Shown: piece after piece, positions 30,512 through 39,951 of the stretch
Position numbering within the stretch: position 1 is the first letter of the stretch
Layout of the letters: each line of letters opens with the position of its first letter
Assembly: GCA_014729085.1 (NCBI GenBank)
Contig: WJKM01000006.1
Location: forward strand, 88,016-152,015
Direction: 5' to 3'
DNA from: Candidatus Dojkabacteria bacterium
GTDB lineage: Bacteria > Patescibacteriota > Dojkabacteria > B142 > WJKM01
DNA length: 64,000 nt
Program-made: the position numbers and the translations under genes
Notes under the pieces: generated by a model
Database searches by the model: none
Told to the model about the DNA's origin: nothing
Seen by the model: the letters and a program-made list of their open reading frames with translations, nothing else

Positions 30512-31084
30512 ATGTCCAAAAATCAATCAATAAATAAAAATATCCAAATACTGCTATCTCTTTCATTTATCTTATTAGGTTTCTTTTCATTTTTATTTTT
30601 ATTGGGGAGCTTTATTACTAAGTTTTTTTCACAAAAACATATAGAATTAAGTATCAACAATACAGATTATAATAGGGCATATATTGCAGGTGCTGTAAGC
30701 AAACCCGGTGTTTATAAATTTGAAGGACATATGGTAGTAATAGAGTTGGTAGAATTAGCCGGAGGATTTGCTGAAGATGCAGATTTAGTACAGATCAATA
30801 AAACCATAAACCTTTCAGAACAAGTCTTTAACGAAGATCATATCTTCATTCCGTTTCGTGAGGGTTCAGGTTCTAATCTAGCACTCCAGAATTATTCTCA
30901 GGAATTGGTAAATATAAATACTGCTTCCTCGTCTGAGTTGGAAACCTTACCTGGTGTCGGTCCTAGTACAGCAACGAAAATTATTCAGGGACGTCCATAT
31001 AAGCAGGTAGATGATCTTATGAATGTTAAGGGTATTGGTGAAGCGACTTTCGAGAAGTTAAAGAGTTTAATTATAGTGAAGTAG
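30512..31084 (+). CDS. comEA: ComEA-type DNA receptor (TM + SLBB + helix-hairpin-helix).
   Basis: C-terminal tandem HhH 'VNINTASSSELETLPGVGPSTATKIIQGRPYKQVDDLMNVKGIGEATFEKL'. Confidence 0.85.
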   Translation: MSKNQSINKNIQILLSLSFILLGFFSFLFLLGSFITKFFSQKHIELSINNTDYNRAYIAGAVSKPGVYKFEGHMVVIELVELAGGFAEDADLVQINKTINLSEQVFNEDHIFIPFREGSGSNLALQNYSQELVNINTASSSELETLPGVGPSTATKIIQGRPYKQVDDLMNVKGIGEATFEKLKSLIIVK

Positions 31085-31147
31085 ATTTAGTCGGTTTTTG
31101 TATTTAAATACATAGAAACTAATCCAACTTTTTACTATTATTCTTGT

Positions 31148-32641
31148 ATGAATTTACGTACAAGGATAAAACTGTTTAATTATATTCTAAGACACAGTAA
31201 GGAGCTTTTGTTTCTGTTTGGTTTTTCTTTTGGGATCTTCATATATGATAATACTTTAGATTTCATATTCCCCAGTATTATTAATTATTCAGGCCTTATT
31301 CTAACTTTCTTTCTAGTTATCTTGGTTTTTTTGCCTAAGCAGAGAATGTTTGTACTTATATTTTGCATAAGCTTTATTATTGGATTTCTGAGGACAAATC
31401 TTTTTTACTCAAATAATATTTATGGAGCTGCAAAATACTACGAAACTAGTATCAGAATGCAAGGAAAAATTATTAGTCAATCAGTTATAAAAAAAAATGG
31501 AATAGAGGCTGTTGTATTTTTGCCAAGATATGGGAAGGTATTACTCAAGCTTCCAAGATATCCTGTTTACAATTATGGAGATCAGTTGTTAATAAGTGGA
31601 GTTTTAAAAGAACCACCTGTATATGATAGTTTTTCGTATAAAAGATATCTGCAAGTTCAAAAAATAAATTATATTATGCGAACTCCTGAAATTACATTTA
31701 TAAACACAAACAATAAAGGAGTTATTGGCAAGACTGCAAATTTTCGAAATTCACTCATTCAAAGAATTGAATTGTTGCTACCGGAGCCTCATTCTGGCTT
31801 ATTACAGGGATTAGTACTAGGTGTTCGAGCATATATACCCGAAAAGCTTGGAAAATCGTTACAAATAACGGGGACTACACATATTATTGCTGTGTCTGGA
31901 TATAATGTAAGTCTAGTAGTACTGAGCTTAATGAGATTAACCAAAATCATTTCCAGGAAAAAACTTTCATACCTCGTTATTATTGCATTGATATTTTTTC
32001 TATTTCTTGTTGGTTTGGATAATATCCCTGCTTTTAGGGCTGTTTTTATGGGTATTGTGTTTATTATTGCTCAATTAGTGGGGAGAAAAGGAAGTATAAT
32101 GAAAATTTTGATCTTGGCAGTGATTTACTTTTTATTGATGAATCCTTTGGTATATAGATCGATTAGTTTTCAACTTACAATTATGGCAACGATAGGAATT
32201 GTCGGGTTATCGCATATGATTTCCGAGGTATTTTATTTTGTCCCAAAATTGTTTAGAGAAGAGCTTTCAGCAACTATTGCAGCAATTATTTGCACATCCC
32301 CAATTACGTTATCTAGTTTTAATTCGTTTTCAATAATTGCCCCAATTTCAAATTTAATGATTCTCCCATTTATTTCTTTGATTACTAACTTAGGAATTCT
32401 GATGTTGGGAATTTCATTCTTAAGCCTTAAAATAGCCTCAGCGATTTCTTGGTTTGTATGGCTTGGATTAGAATACATTATTATAGTTATTCGGTTTTTT
32501 GGAGAGTTCGAAGGAATGTTTTTAGAAAATGTGTTTTTTAGTATAGGCAATATGTTGATTGTGTATGTGGTTTTAATAATTTTTCTTTTCGAACTGCATT
32601 ATCGGCGAGTAAAAAGGAAGTCATCCCCAAATATTAGCTGA
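31148..32641 (+). CDS. comEC: ComEC/Rec2 N-terminal part (DUF4131 plus the polytopic competence channel domain).
   Basis: Polytopic membrane protein with a 'HIIAVSGYNVSLV' competence-domain motif. Confidence 0.75.
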   Translation: MNLRTRIKLFNYILRHSKELLFLFGFSFGIFIYDNTLDFIFPSIINYSGLILTFFLVILVFLPKQRMFVLIFCISFIIGFLRTNLFYSNNIYGAAKYYETSIRMQGKIISQSVIKKNGIEAVVFLPRYGKVLLKLPRYPVYNYGDQLLISGVLKEPPVYDSFSYKRYLQVQKINYIMRTPEITFINTNNKGVIGKTANFRNSLIQRIELLLPEPHSGLLQGLVLGVRAYIPEKLGKSLQITGTTHIIAVSGYNVSLVVLSLMRLTKIISRKKLSYLVIIALIFFLFLVGLDNIPAFRAVFMGIVFIIAQLVGRKGSIMKILILAVIYFLLMNPLVYRSISFQLTIMATIGIVGLSHMISEVFYFVPKLFREELSATIAAIICTSPITLSSFNSFSIIAPISNLMILPFISLITNLGILMLGISFLSLKIASAISWFVWLGLEYIIIVIRFFGEFEGMFLENVFFSIGNMLIVYVVLIIFLFELHYRRVKRKSSPNIS

Positions 32642-32675
32642 TGTTACGCTATTTAAATTATTATGCGTTTCACAA

Positions 32676-33533
32676 ATGAAACCCTTCGTGAAACAAGGTT
32701 TGACAAGACTGCTAAGCATATTGTTGTTAACGGTGATATTATGCGCAGTTTATTTGTCCCATACAAAAAATGATAAGCTTTCTGTTTATATTCTTGATAT
32801 AGGTCAGGGAGACTCAATTTTAATAAAGTCTCCTGATAATAAATATTTACTTGTAGATGGTGGTCCAAATGATAATATTCTATCTAGCCTTGGTTCGGCC
32901 CTTCCTTTTTGGGTTCGAAAAATAAATTATGTGATACTTACCCATCCCGATCTAGACCATGTTGGAGGACTTCCCGCAGTATTAGAGAGATATGAGGTTG
33001 AAAATATAATTTATACCCCTATTAAAGCCAATAGCAGCCAATATGTACAATTTCGTGACTTAATACAAAAGAAGGATATTAAATTCGAGATTGCCGATTC
33101 AACGGATGATTTCAAATTGGGATGTTGTGTTTTTATTGATATTTTATGGCCAGAAATAGAAGTAGCAAATAATGAAGAAATAAAAGATCCAAATGATATT
33201 TCGGTATCATTTAGACTAAGATATGAGAATTTTGATGCTTTTTTTGGTGGTGATTTATCATACGAAAAAGAACAAGAATTATGCAGGAAAAATCCTATGG
33301 ATTTAGATTTATTGAAAATAGGCCATCATGGTAGTTCCACAAGTACAAGTTCAAGATTTTTAGAATGTGCAAGACCCGAACTAGCAGTTATTAGTGTAGG
33401 AGAGGGAAATAAGTATAATCATCCTGATAGTGAGGTCATAGAACGACTTAATGACATGAATATTAATTACAAGACGACAGCCGAATGGGGAACAATTCAT
33501 CTTCAGACTGATGGAGAAAGTTTGTGGTGGTGA
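32676..33533 (+). CDS. ComEC C-terminal metallo-beta-lactamase domain protein, encoded as a separate ORF with its own TM anchor.
   Basis: 'LDIGQGDSILIKSPDNKYLLVDGG' and 'THPDLDHVGG' (MBL HxHxDH motif). Reading frame differs from the upstream comEC ORF. Confidence 0.75.
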   Translation: MKPFVKQGLTRLLSILLLTVILCAVYLSHTKNDKLSVYILDIGQGDSILIKSPDNKYLLVDGGPNDNILSSLGSALPFWVRKINYVILTHPDLDHVGGLPAVLERYEVENIIYTPIKANSSQYVQFRDLIQKKDIKFEIADSTDDFKLGCCVFIDILWPEIEVANNEEIKDPNDISVSFRLRYENFDAFFGGDLSYEKEQELCRKNPMDLDLLKIGHHGSSTSTSSRFLECARPELAVISVGEGNKYNHPDSEVIERLNDMNINYKTTAEWGTIHLQTDGESLWW

Positions 33534-33702
33534 TGTTGTTTGGAGGCTAGAAATTAACTTGAATAATTTATTAATAAAGGTTATTATTCTGTCAAGCCAA
33601 TCCTATTAAAAGGTAGGTTCGAAAAAGGTAATCGCTGATATCGAATATTAAGAGATTAATTTAGATAGTACATCTTCTACACTTTGTATTTTACTTTGTT
33701 AA

Positions 33703-34335
33703 ATGAGTATCATGTTTATTGTATTTGAGAGTATTGATGGAGGAGGAAAGGGAAAGCAGAGAGAAGAAATGGTTAAATTTTTAGATGAAAAAGGTATAAA
33801 GGTTGAATCCAAAGAATTTCCCGATCATAATACTACTATATGGAGAGATTATTTGCATCCAGCACTTCACGACGAGAAAAAGTTGACATCTGGAGCATGG
33901 TTTTCTGCATTTGCACTTGAGAAATTTCTTTGGGAAGAAAAACTAAAAAAATTTAAGGGAGATAAGAATAATTTATTTATAGCAGATGGGTATTATACTA
34001 CAACTCTAGTTTACCAATGTATTCTGCAGAAGAATCCGGATTTAAGATTTGGGGTAGAATTTGCTGAAAAGCTTGGAATTGTTAAACCAGACTTAACTAT
34101 CTATCTTGATGTACATCCCAAAACAGCATTAATTAGAAAAAGCAAAGAAGAAGGAAAAGAAAAGACAGATATATTCGAAAGCAATCTGGGTAAGCAAAAG
34201 GAGATACAAACTGCCTTTTTAAAACTTGCTAAAGAAAAAGTTTGGTGTAATTGGGAGGTCTTGGATGGGAATGGGACAATACAGGAAGTAAGGGACCTTG
34301 TATATGAAAAAATAAGACAGTTGATGGAATGGTAA
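33703..34335 (+). CDS. P-loop nucleoside monophosphate kinase, thymidylate-kinase-like.
   Basis: 'IVFESIDGGGKGKQ' P-loop resembles Tmk 'EGxDGxGKTT'. 'IADGYYTTTLVYQ' sits at the DRY-motif position. Size of 210 aa fits. Confidence 0.5.
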   Translation: MSIMFIVFESIDGGGKGKQREEMVKFLDEKGIKVESKEFPDHNTTIWRDYLHPALHDEKKLTSGAWFSAFALEKFLWEEKLKKFKGDKNNLFIADGYYTTTLVYQCILQKNPDLRFGVEFAEKLGIVKPDLTIYLDVHPKTALIRKSKEEGKEKTDIFESNLGKQKEIQTAFLKLAKEKVWCNWEVLDGNGTIQEVRDLVYEKIRQLMEW

Positions 34336-34399
34336 GAATTTAAAGATATAAGGTAATTCTTCTTGCGGTATTATAAACATTTCAGAAAATTATTAATAT

Positions 34400-35044
34400 T
34401 TGTATACTAGTATTGGGTTATTAATAAATTTTATTTTTATTTTAATGAAAAATATACAGCGAACTTTTTTAATGATTAAACCGGATGGTGTGAAGCGGTC
34501 TTTGGTTGGAGAGGTGTTGTCAAGATGCGAGAGGGTTGGACTTAAGTTGGTTTATTCAAGGATGATTTGGGCAACTGAAGAACAGGCAAGAGGTAATTAT
34601 CCTGGAACTGAGGAGTGGTTAAGAGGTATGGGAGAAAAGACGAAGAGAAACTATAAAGGAGATGATCAATTATTAAAAAAAGAGGTAGGCACTACAGATA
34701 CTTTGGAAATAGGCCAGAAAATATATGATCAACTTGTTCAGTATTTGATTAGTGGTCCGATGATACCAATGGTTTGGGAAGGAAATCATGCTGTTGAAAT
34801 TGCAAGAAAAATAGTTGGTAAAACTACTCCTAAGGAGGCCGATCTGGGAAGTATAAGGGCAGATTTTGGTTTTGATTCTCCTCAATTAGCAGTAAGGTCG
34901 GGTAGAATTGTATTTGAAACCATTGTTCATGTTTCTGATTCTGAAGAAGAAGCTGAGAGAGAAATTAAATATTGGTTAGGAAAAAATTATCAAGCTTTTA
35001 AGTATGAACGGACAGATCATTTAGGTTACGGAGTTACCTTTTAA
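34400..35044 (+). CDS. ndk: Nucleoside diphosphate kinase. The likely start is 'MKNIQRTFLMIKPDG' near 34446.
   Basis: 'RTFLMIKPDGVKRSLVGEVLSRCERVGLKLV' and the active-site His in 'IVHVSDS'. Confidence 0.8.
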   Translation: MYTSIGLLINFIFILMKNIQRTFLMIKPDGVKRSLVGEVLSRCERVGLKLVYSRMIWATEEQARGNYPGTEEWLRGMGEKTKRNYKGDDQLLKKEVGTTDTLEIGQKIYDQLVQYLISGPMIPMVWEGNHAVEIARKIVGKTTPKEADLGSIRADFGFDSPQLAVRSGRIVFETIVHVSDSEEEAEREIKYWLGKNYQAFKYERTDHLGYGVTF

Positions 35045-35067
35045 TATAAGAATTTAAATTTTAATAT

Positions 35068-35682
35068 TTGTTGATGTTTAACGAAAAAACTTTAGTAATT
35101 GCAAAGCATGATGCTGTCTCGAGAGGGATAGTCGGAGAAATTGTGAAGAGAATCGAAAGAGTAGGTTTCAAATTGCTTGCTTTTGAGATGATAGCGGCAA
35201 CCGAAGATATGGGGCTTAAGCATTATCCAGATAGTGAGGAGTGGAAGAAAAAAGTAGGAAATAGAACTTTAAAAGAATATAAAGAAAAGGGCATTGATCC
35301 AATTGAAAAGCTTGGTACGGCAGATGCTGTTGAAATAGGTGATCTCGTAAAACAATGGAATGTTGATTATTTAACATCTGGGCCAATAGTTGCCATGGTA
35401 TGGGAAGGGCCTAATGCAGTTAAGGTTGTACGAAAGATAGTAGGTGATACTGTACCTGCCAATGCTTTGCCAGGCACAATACGAGGGGATTTTAGCTGGG
35501 ATAGTCCGGAGCTTGCAAATGAACTTGGAAGACCTTTTTATAACTTAGTTCATGCATCAGGGGATGTAAACGAAGCTAATGATGAGATCAAACTTTGGTT
35601 CGAAGACTTAGAGGTTTTTGATTATGAGATTTCTGATAGTGAAGTAATGGGGCTAAAGTCTAGGTTGGGTGGGAAGAAATAA
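35068..35682 (+). CDS. Second, divergent nucleoside diphosphate kinase paralog.
   Basis: 'TLVIAKHDAVSRGIVGEIVKRIERVGFKLLAFEM', 'VHASGD' His, and 'SGPIVAMVWEG'. Confidence 0.7.
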   Translation: MLMFNEKTLVIAKHDAVSRGIVGEIVKRIERVGFKLLAFEMIAATEDMGLKHYPDSEEWKKKVGNRTLKEYKEKGIDPIEKLGTADAVEIGDLVKQWNVDYLTSGPIVAMVWEGPNAVKVVRKIVGDTVPANALPGTIRGDFSWDSPELANELGRPFYNLVHASGDVNEANDEIKLWFEDLEVFDYEISDSEVMGLKSRLGGKK

Positions 35683-35818
35683 AGTAACAATAGCGTATCC
35701 TTGATTGTTTATCAAGATACGTTTGAATAGAATCGCAAGGCTTTTTGTAAAAAGTTACAGGGACTAAAAAAGTGGATATGGAATTATAATTGTCTTTTTG
35801 TTTTAATAAGACTATATT

Positions 35819-36493
35819 ATGAAAAAAACAGACAAACCTTTTGAAATTATTGTTTTGGGTCCTCCTGTTTCCGGCAAAGGTACACAATCGGAGCTTCTAG
35901 CTAAAACATTTGACATTCCTCATATTTCGACTGGTGCAATTTTTCATAAAATTAAAAACGACAAAAAGAATCCTCTTGCAAAACAAGTTAAAAAGTATAT
36001 GAATTCAGGTGGATTGGTTCCGGATGAGTTGGTAAATAAACTTGTTGAGGAACGCATAAACAAGGAAGACTGTAAGCTTGGTTTTGTTCTGGATGGATAT
36101 CCAAGGACTCAGCCTCAGGCCGAGGCAATTAAAGGCATGGTTGAATTAGATTATGTTTTTTTAATTAACGTTAGTGATGAAGTAATTATTGAGCGAATTT
36201 CTGGTAGAAGAGTATGTATAGATGGTCATACTTGGCATTTAAGATACTCTCCTCCAAAGGAGAAAGGCATATGTGATATTTGTAAAGGACGACTTTTCCA
36301 GAGGGAAGATGATAAACCGGAAATCGTCAAACAAAGATTAAAAATATATCATATAGAGATGGATAAGGTGATTAGTTTGTTTAAAGAAGGAGACTTGCTT
36401 ATAGAGATTGATGGAGAAGCTAACATTGATCAAGTGTTCCAACAAATTGTGAGATATCTTGTGTATGATATGCGTAACCAATTGTATGGTTAA
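35819..36493 (+). CDS. adk: Adenylate kinase with a zinc-binding lid.
   Basis: P-loop 'LGPPVSGKGTQSELLAK'. Lid 'CIDGHTWHLRYSPPKEKGICDICKGRL'. Confidence 0.88.
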   Translation: MKKTDKPFEIIVLGPPVSGKGTQSELLAKTFDIPHISTGAIFHKIKNDKKNPLAKQVKKYMNSGGLVPDELVNKLVEERINKEDCKLGFVLDGYPRTQPQAEAIKGMVELDYVFLINVSDEVIIERISGRRVCIDGHTWHLRYSPPKEKGICDICKGRLFQREDDKPEIVKQRLKIYHIEMDKVISLFKEGDLLIEIDGEANIDQVFQQIVRYLVYDMRNQLYG

Positions 36494-36517
36494 GAATTAT
36501 ATTTCTTCAATTTTTTT

Positions 36518-37969
36518 ATGCTTACAAAATCAGAATTTTTAATATTTCTCGATTCGCCTAAACATTTATGGGCACGAAAAAACAATAGAACAACAAGGAG
36601 TAGTTCTCCTTTTTTTAAGTTTTTGGGTCGGCAGGGATACCATGTAGAAGAGTTAGCTCGTGAATTTGCTAAAGAGCATTTATTACAAAAATATGTTCAG
36701 AAGCCGAATTCGAATGTAGAAAAAAATCTAGTTTTTCAGGAGACTATCACTAGAAATGATCTATCTGCAAGAAGCGATATTTTAATTTATGATGATTTAA
36801 GTCAAAGTTATGATATTTATGAAGTAAAGAGTTCTACTCACGTAAAGTCAGATTATATCTGGGATACCGCTTTCCAATATTTTCTTTTTTCTCAGAAGTT
36901 TAATATTAGAAATGTTTATTTGATTTATGTAAATTCAAGATATAAAAGAGGAACAAAGTTTGATTTGAAAAAATTTTTCAGAGTTACAAATTTAACCGAT
37001 GATATTAAACAGCTTCAAGATGATTTACAATTTTATATTTCAAAAGCTAAACAGGCCATTAAACTTAAGTCTCATAATAGTCTGGAAGGTTGTTTAAATC
37101 CTAAAACTTGTCCTTGCAAAGGGATTTGTCATCCTAATCTACCTGATTATTCGATATATGATCTTTGGAGATTAAATACAATTGAAAAGGAGCGGTTGAG
37201 AGATAAAGGCATTATCAATATAATAGATATCCCACAAGATTTTAAACTTTCTATTAAGCAGAAAAGACAAATTGAAGCTGTAAAGAATAATAAACCTTTT
37301 ATTGATGAGAAAAGTATTATAAAGGAACTGAAAAAGTTTGAATTGCCCTTATATTTTTTAGATTATGAAACTTTTGGACCTGCTATACCGATGTATGAGG
37401 GATACAAACCTTTTCAACATATGTGTTTTCAATATTCTGTTCATAAACAAGAAACCGAAAGTTCGGAACTTGAACATTTTGAATTTATTACGACAAAAAA
37501 AGAGGAGCCGAGTAAATATTTAGTAGAGGATCTCTCTCAAGTTATTGGAAAAAAGGGGACGGTTATAGTTTGGTATGAAAGGTTTGAAAAGACAAGGAAT
37601 ACAGATATGGCAAAATTTAACCCCAAATATGCTAGTTTCCTTGAAAATCTTAATGAACGCATTTTTGATCTAATGAACATATTTAAAAATCAATATTACA
37701 TTGATGCAAATTTTAAGGGAAGTAGTTCTATTAAAAGCGTTTTACCTGTCTTGGTTCCAGAGTTTAATTATAGTGAGTTAAATATAAGTGAAGGAGCAGA
37801 AGCAATGGTAGCATGGTACGACCTTGTTTATAAAGACTTGAAAATGAATCAAAAGATTCAACTTAAAGAAGATTTACTTGAATACTGTAAGCTTGATACT
37901 TTAGCAATGTATGAAATATGGAAGTTTCTTAATAATTTGGTAGAGGTAAATTACAAAATGGCAATTTAG
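36518..37969 (+). CDS. PD-(D/E)XK nuclease-superfamily protein (Cas4/RecB-like N-terminal domain, DUF2779-like architecture) with a Cys cluster.
   Basis: 'ILIYDD...YDIYEVKSSTHVKSDYIWDTAFQYFLF' resembles a D...E-x-K nuclease core followed by a Q/Y motif. Cys cluster 'CLNPKTCPCKGIC'. Confidence 0.45.
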   Translation: MLTKSEFLIFLDSPKHLWARKNNRTTRSSSPFFKFLGRQGYHVEELAREFAKEHLLQKYVQKPNSNVEKNLVFQETITRNDLSARSDILIYDDLSQSYDIYEVKSSTHVKSDYIWDTAFQYFLFSQKFNIRNVYLIYVNSRYKRGTKFDLKKFFRVTNLTDDIKQLQDDLQFYISKAKQAIKLKSHNSLEGCLNPKTCPCKGICHPNLPDYSIYDLWRLNTIEKERLRDKGIINIIDIPQDFKLSIKQKRQIEAVKNNKPFIDEKSIIKELKKFELPLYFLDYETFGPAIPMYEGYKPFQHMCFQYSVHKQETESSELEHFEFITTKKEEPSKYLVEDLSQVIGKKGTVIVWYERFEKTRNTDMAKFNPKYASFLENLNERIFDLMNIFKNQYYIDANFKGSSSIKSVLPVLVPEFNYSELNISEGAEAMVAWYDLVYKDLKMNQKIQLKEDLLEYCKLDTLAMYEIWKFLNNLVEVNYKMAI

Positions 37970-38029
37970 AAAGCAAAGAGTTTGTTAAATTTCTTATTGA
38001 TTTTAAAAGAGCTTTTAAATTTATTAAGT

Positions 38030-38103
38030 TGGACCTAACCGGACTTGAACCGGTGACCTTTGCTGTGCGATAGCAATGCTCTAGCCAACTGAGCTATAGG
38101 CCC
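38030..38103 (-). tRNA. tRNA-Ala (anticodon CGC).
   Basis: Minus-strand read: GGGCCTATAGCTCAGTTGGCTAGAGCATTGCTATCGCACAGCAAAGGTCACCGGTTCAAGTCCGGTTAGGTCCA. G3:U70 Ala identity pair and A73 discriminator. CCA is not encoded. Confidence 0.85.
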
Positions 38104-38196
38104 GGAATAGGTAAATTTTTCCTCACTAGGGCTTCTACCTTTGTTCAGCTAGGCAGACAAGAGGACACAAAGTTTTCGAGACCAGGCTAGGATCGA

Positions 38197-38273
38197 ATGG
38201 TGCACTAGGAGGGAGTCGAACCCCCAACCTTTTCCTTAGGACGGAATTGCTCTATCCATTGAGCTACTAGTGC
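38197..38273 (-). tRNA. tRNA-Arg (anticodon CCU) with genomically encoded CCA.
   Basis: Minus-strand read: GCACTAGTAGCTCAATGGATAGAGCAATTCCGTCCTAAGGAAAAGGTTGGGGGTTCGACTCCCTCCTAGTGCACCA. Confidence 0.85.
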
Positions 38274-38353
38274 ATAGTAGAAATTATCCATCTGCTTGTC
38301 GTCGAAAGTTCCCATTTATCGGGATAAGGGAGGGAACTATGATGGCCTTTATC

Positions 38354-39892
38354 TTATATATTTTCTTCTGTAAGTTTTAGATTATATAAATTGTTTTTAC
38401 CTTCAGATGTTTCTGTTTCTTTTGAATCCTGAATTAACATGAGTAAAGCTTTATTGTTTGATAGCATATAAAAACTTTCATCTACAATTCCATCATTAGT
38501 AAATAAATCAATTAGATTTTCTCCATTTCGATCCATAATTGTGATAGTTTTTTGGCCACTTTCGATACTTTTAGCTAAGAGAACGATGTGAGTTGAAATA
38601 GTGTTCCATTGAATTGAATGTATCTCAGGATTGTAATTTTCTAATATTAGATTGTGTTTAGAGATAATTTCATTTGTTACTTTATTTTCCTTGATTGTAT
38701 AAGAGAAGATTTTATTATCCTTCTGATAAAGTAGAGAGAGCCCATCTTTTGAAAAATCAAGAATATTAATATTTTGTCCTATTCTATCAATGAAGCTGTA
38801 TTGCGTATTTAGGTAATAATACTCATCTTTTGTTTTGTAAACAATATATTTCCCATTATTTCTATCTATATCTAGATATTCAATTTCCTTTGGCAGGCTT
38901 TGATTCTCAAGTGAAATTTTTTTCTTGGTTTCATCTTTGTAATAATACAAATTATTATCTTTATTTGATTTGAAAACTAAGGTATCTCCATTAATTGCGT
39001 ATATTGGTTCATGATCTGGATGGTAAGTGATTATGATATTTTTTTGATTACTTAGAACAAGCTCAGTTAGAAGTGTTTTGTCTTTTACTATAAGAGAAGT
39101 TGAACCTCTAAACCATTTGAACTGTTCTGGAGTAAAACCTAACATTCTTTCAATTGAAAGCAGATCTTCTGGTTTCGGATTTGGATTGGGGCTTTCTGTT
39201 TCAAAAATATAATGGGGGGTTTTATCAGATTTAAATAAGATTTTTTTATTATCAGGAGAGGGGAGAATTTTATATGAACCAGAATTAATAGCATCCTCTA
39301 TTTCTGGGATTATGTTAATAATCTTAACGGGTTGACTTTCAATCGTATTGAATATGGTAGAGATATCAGTTAATTGGAGTTGGAAAACACCATTTTCTAC
39401 ACCATTGGGAGATTTGCTGACAACGTAATAAACAAAATCGCCATATTCAGCAAAAAAAACTTTCTCTATATTTGTTGCTGGTAATCTTAGTTCTAAATTT
39501 GGATTTTCAGGAAATAGGAAAGGATTGATATCTGTAATCATCCCTCCTTCTATATTAAGGATGCTTTCCCATTCATTGTATCCCTCCATAGTTAAGTTCA
39601 ATTTATGTTCGCCTGGTTCGATGTTAGCTATTATATTTTCCTTTATTTCTTTAGGTTCACCATCTATTTTTGCTGTTAATTTCTCTTTATAGTCATCGTT
39701 ATTAATTCTGATAGACCCCGTTTGTATTATGATTGGTTCTCGAGTAGCGGAGGGGTTTTCATTATTTCCTAGAATACTGCTTAGGTTGATCTTCCTGCTG
39801 TTAGCGGATAACAAAGCCCACAAAAGCATTACGATAAATGCAATAGAGGAAGAAAATATCAATAATTTTTTTTGTGTATTAAATTTTTTCAT
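38354..39892 (-). CDS. Membrane-anchored PEGA-domain protein with a beta-propeller/TolB-like C-terminal region.
   Basis: N-terminal TM helix. PEGA-like 'IEPGEHKLNLTMEGYNEWESILNIEGGMITDI'. C-terminal region is repetitive and beta-rich. Confidence 0.55.
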   Translation of the reverse strand: MKKFNTQKKLLIFSSSIAFIVMLLWALLSANSRKINLSSILGNNENPSATREPIIIQTGSIRINNDDYKEKLTAKIDGEPKEIKENIIANIEPGEHKLNLTMEGYNEWESILNIEGGMITDINPFLFPENPNLELRLPATNIEKVFFAEYGDFVYYVVSKSPNGVENGVFQLQLTDISTIFNTIESQPVKIINIIPEIEDAINSGSYKILPSPDNKKILFKSDKTPHYIFETESPNPNPKPEDLLSIERMLGFTPEQFKWFRGSTSLIVKDKTLLTELVLSNQKNIIITYHPDHEPIYAINGDTLVFKSNKDNNLYYYKDETKKKISLENQSLPKEIEYLDIDRNNGKYIVYKTKDEYYYLNTQYSFIDRIGQNINILDFSKDGLSLLYQKDNKIFSYTIKENKVTNEIISKHNLILENYNPEIHSIQWNTISTHIVLLAKSIESGQKTITIMDRNGENLIDLFTNDGIVDESFYMLSNNKALLMLIQDSKETETSEGKNNLYNLKLTEENI

Positions 39893-39951
39893 ATTTTTAA
39901 AATTTGAAATTTGTCGAAGTTATTATACTATACATTTCGTTTTAAATACCT

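Noticed and set aside
30031-30526. Minus-strand ORFs overlapping the cyclophilin gene.
   Set aside because: Antisense of a well-supported conserved gene.
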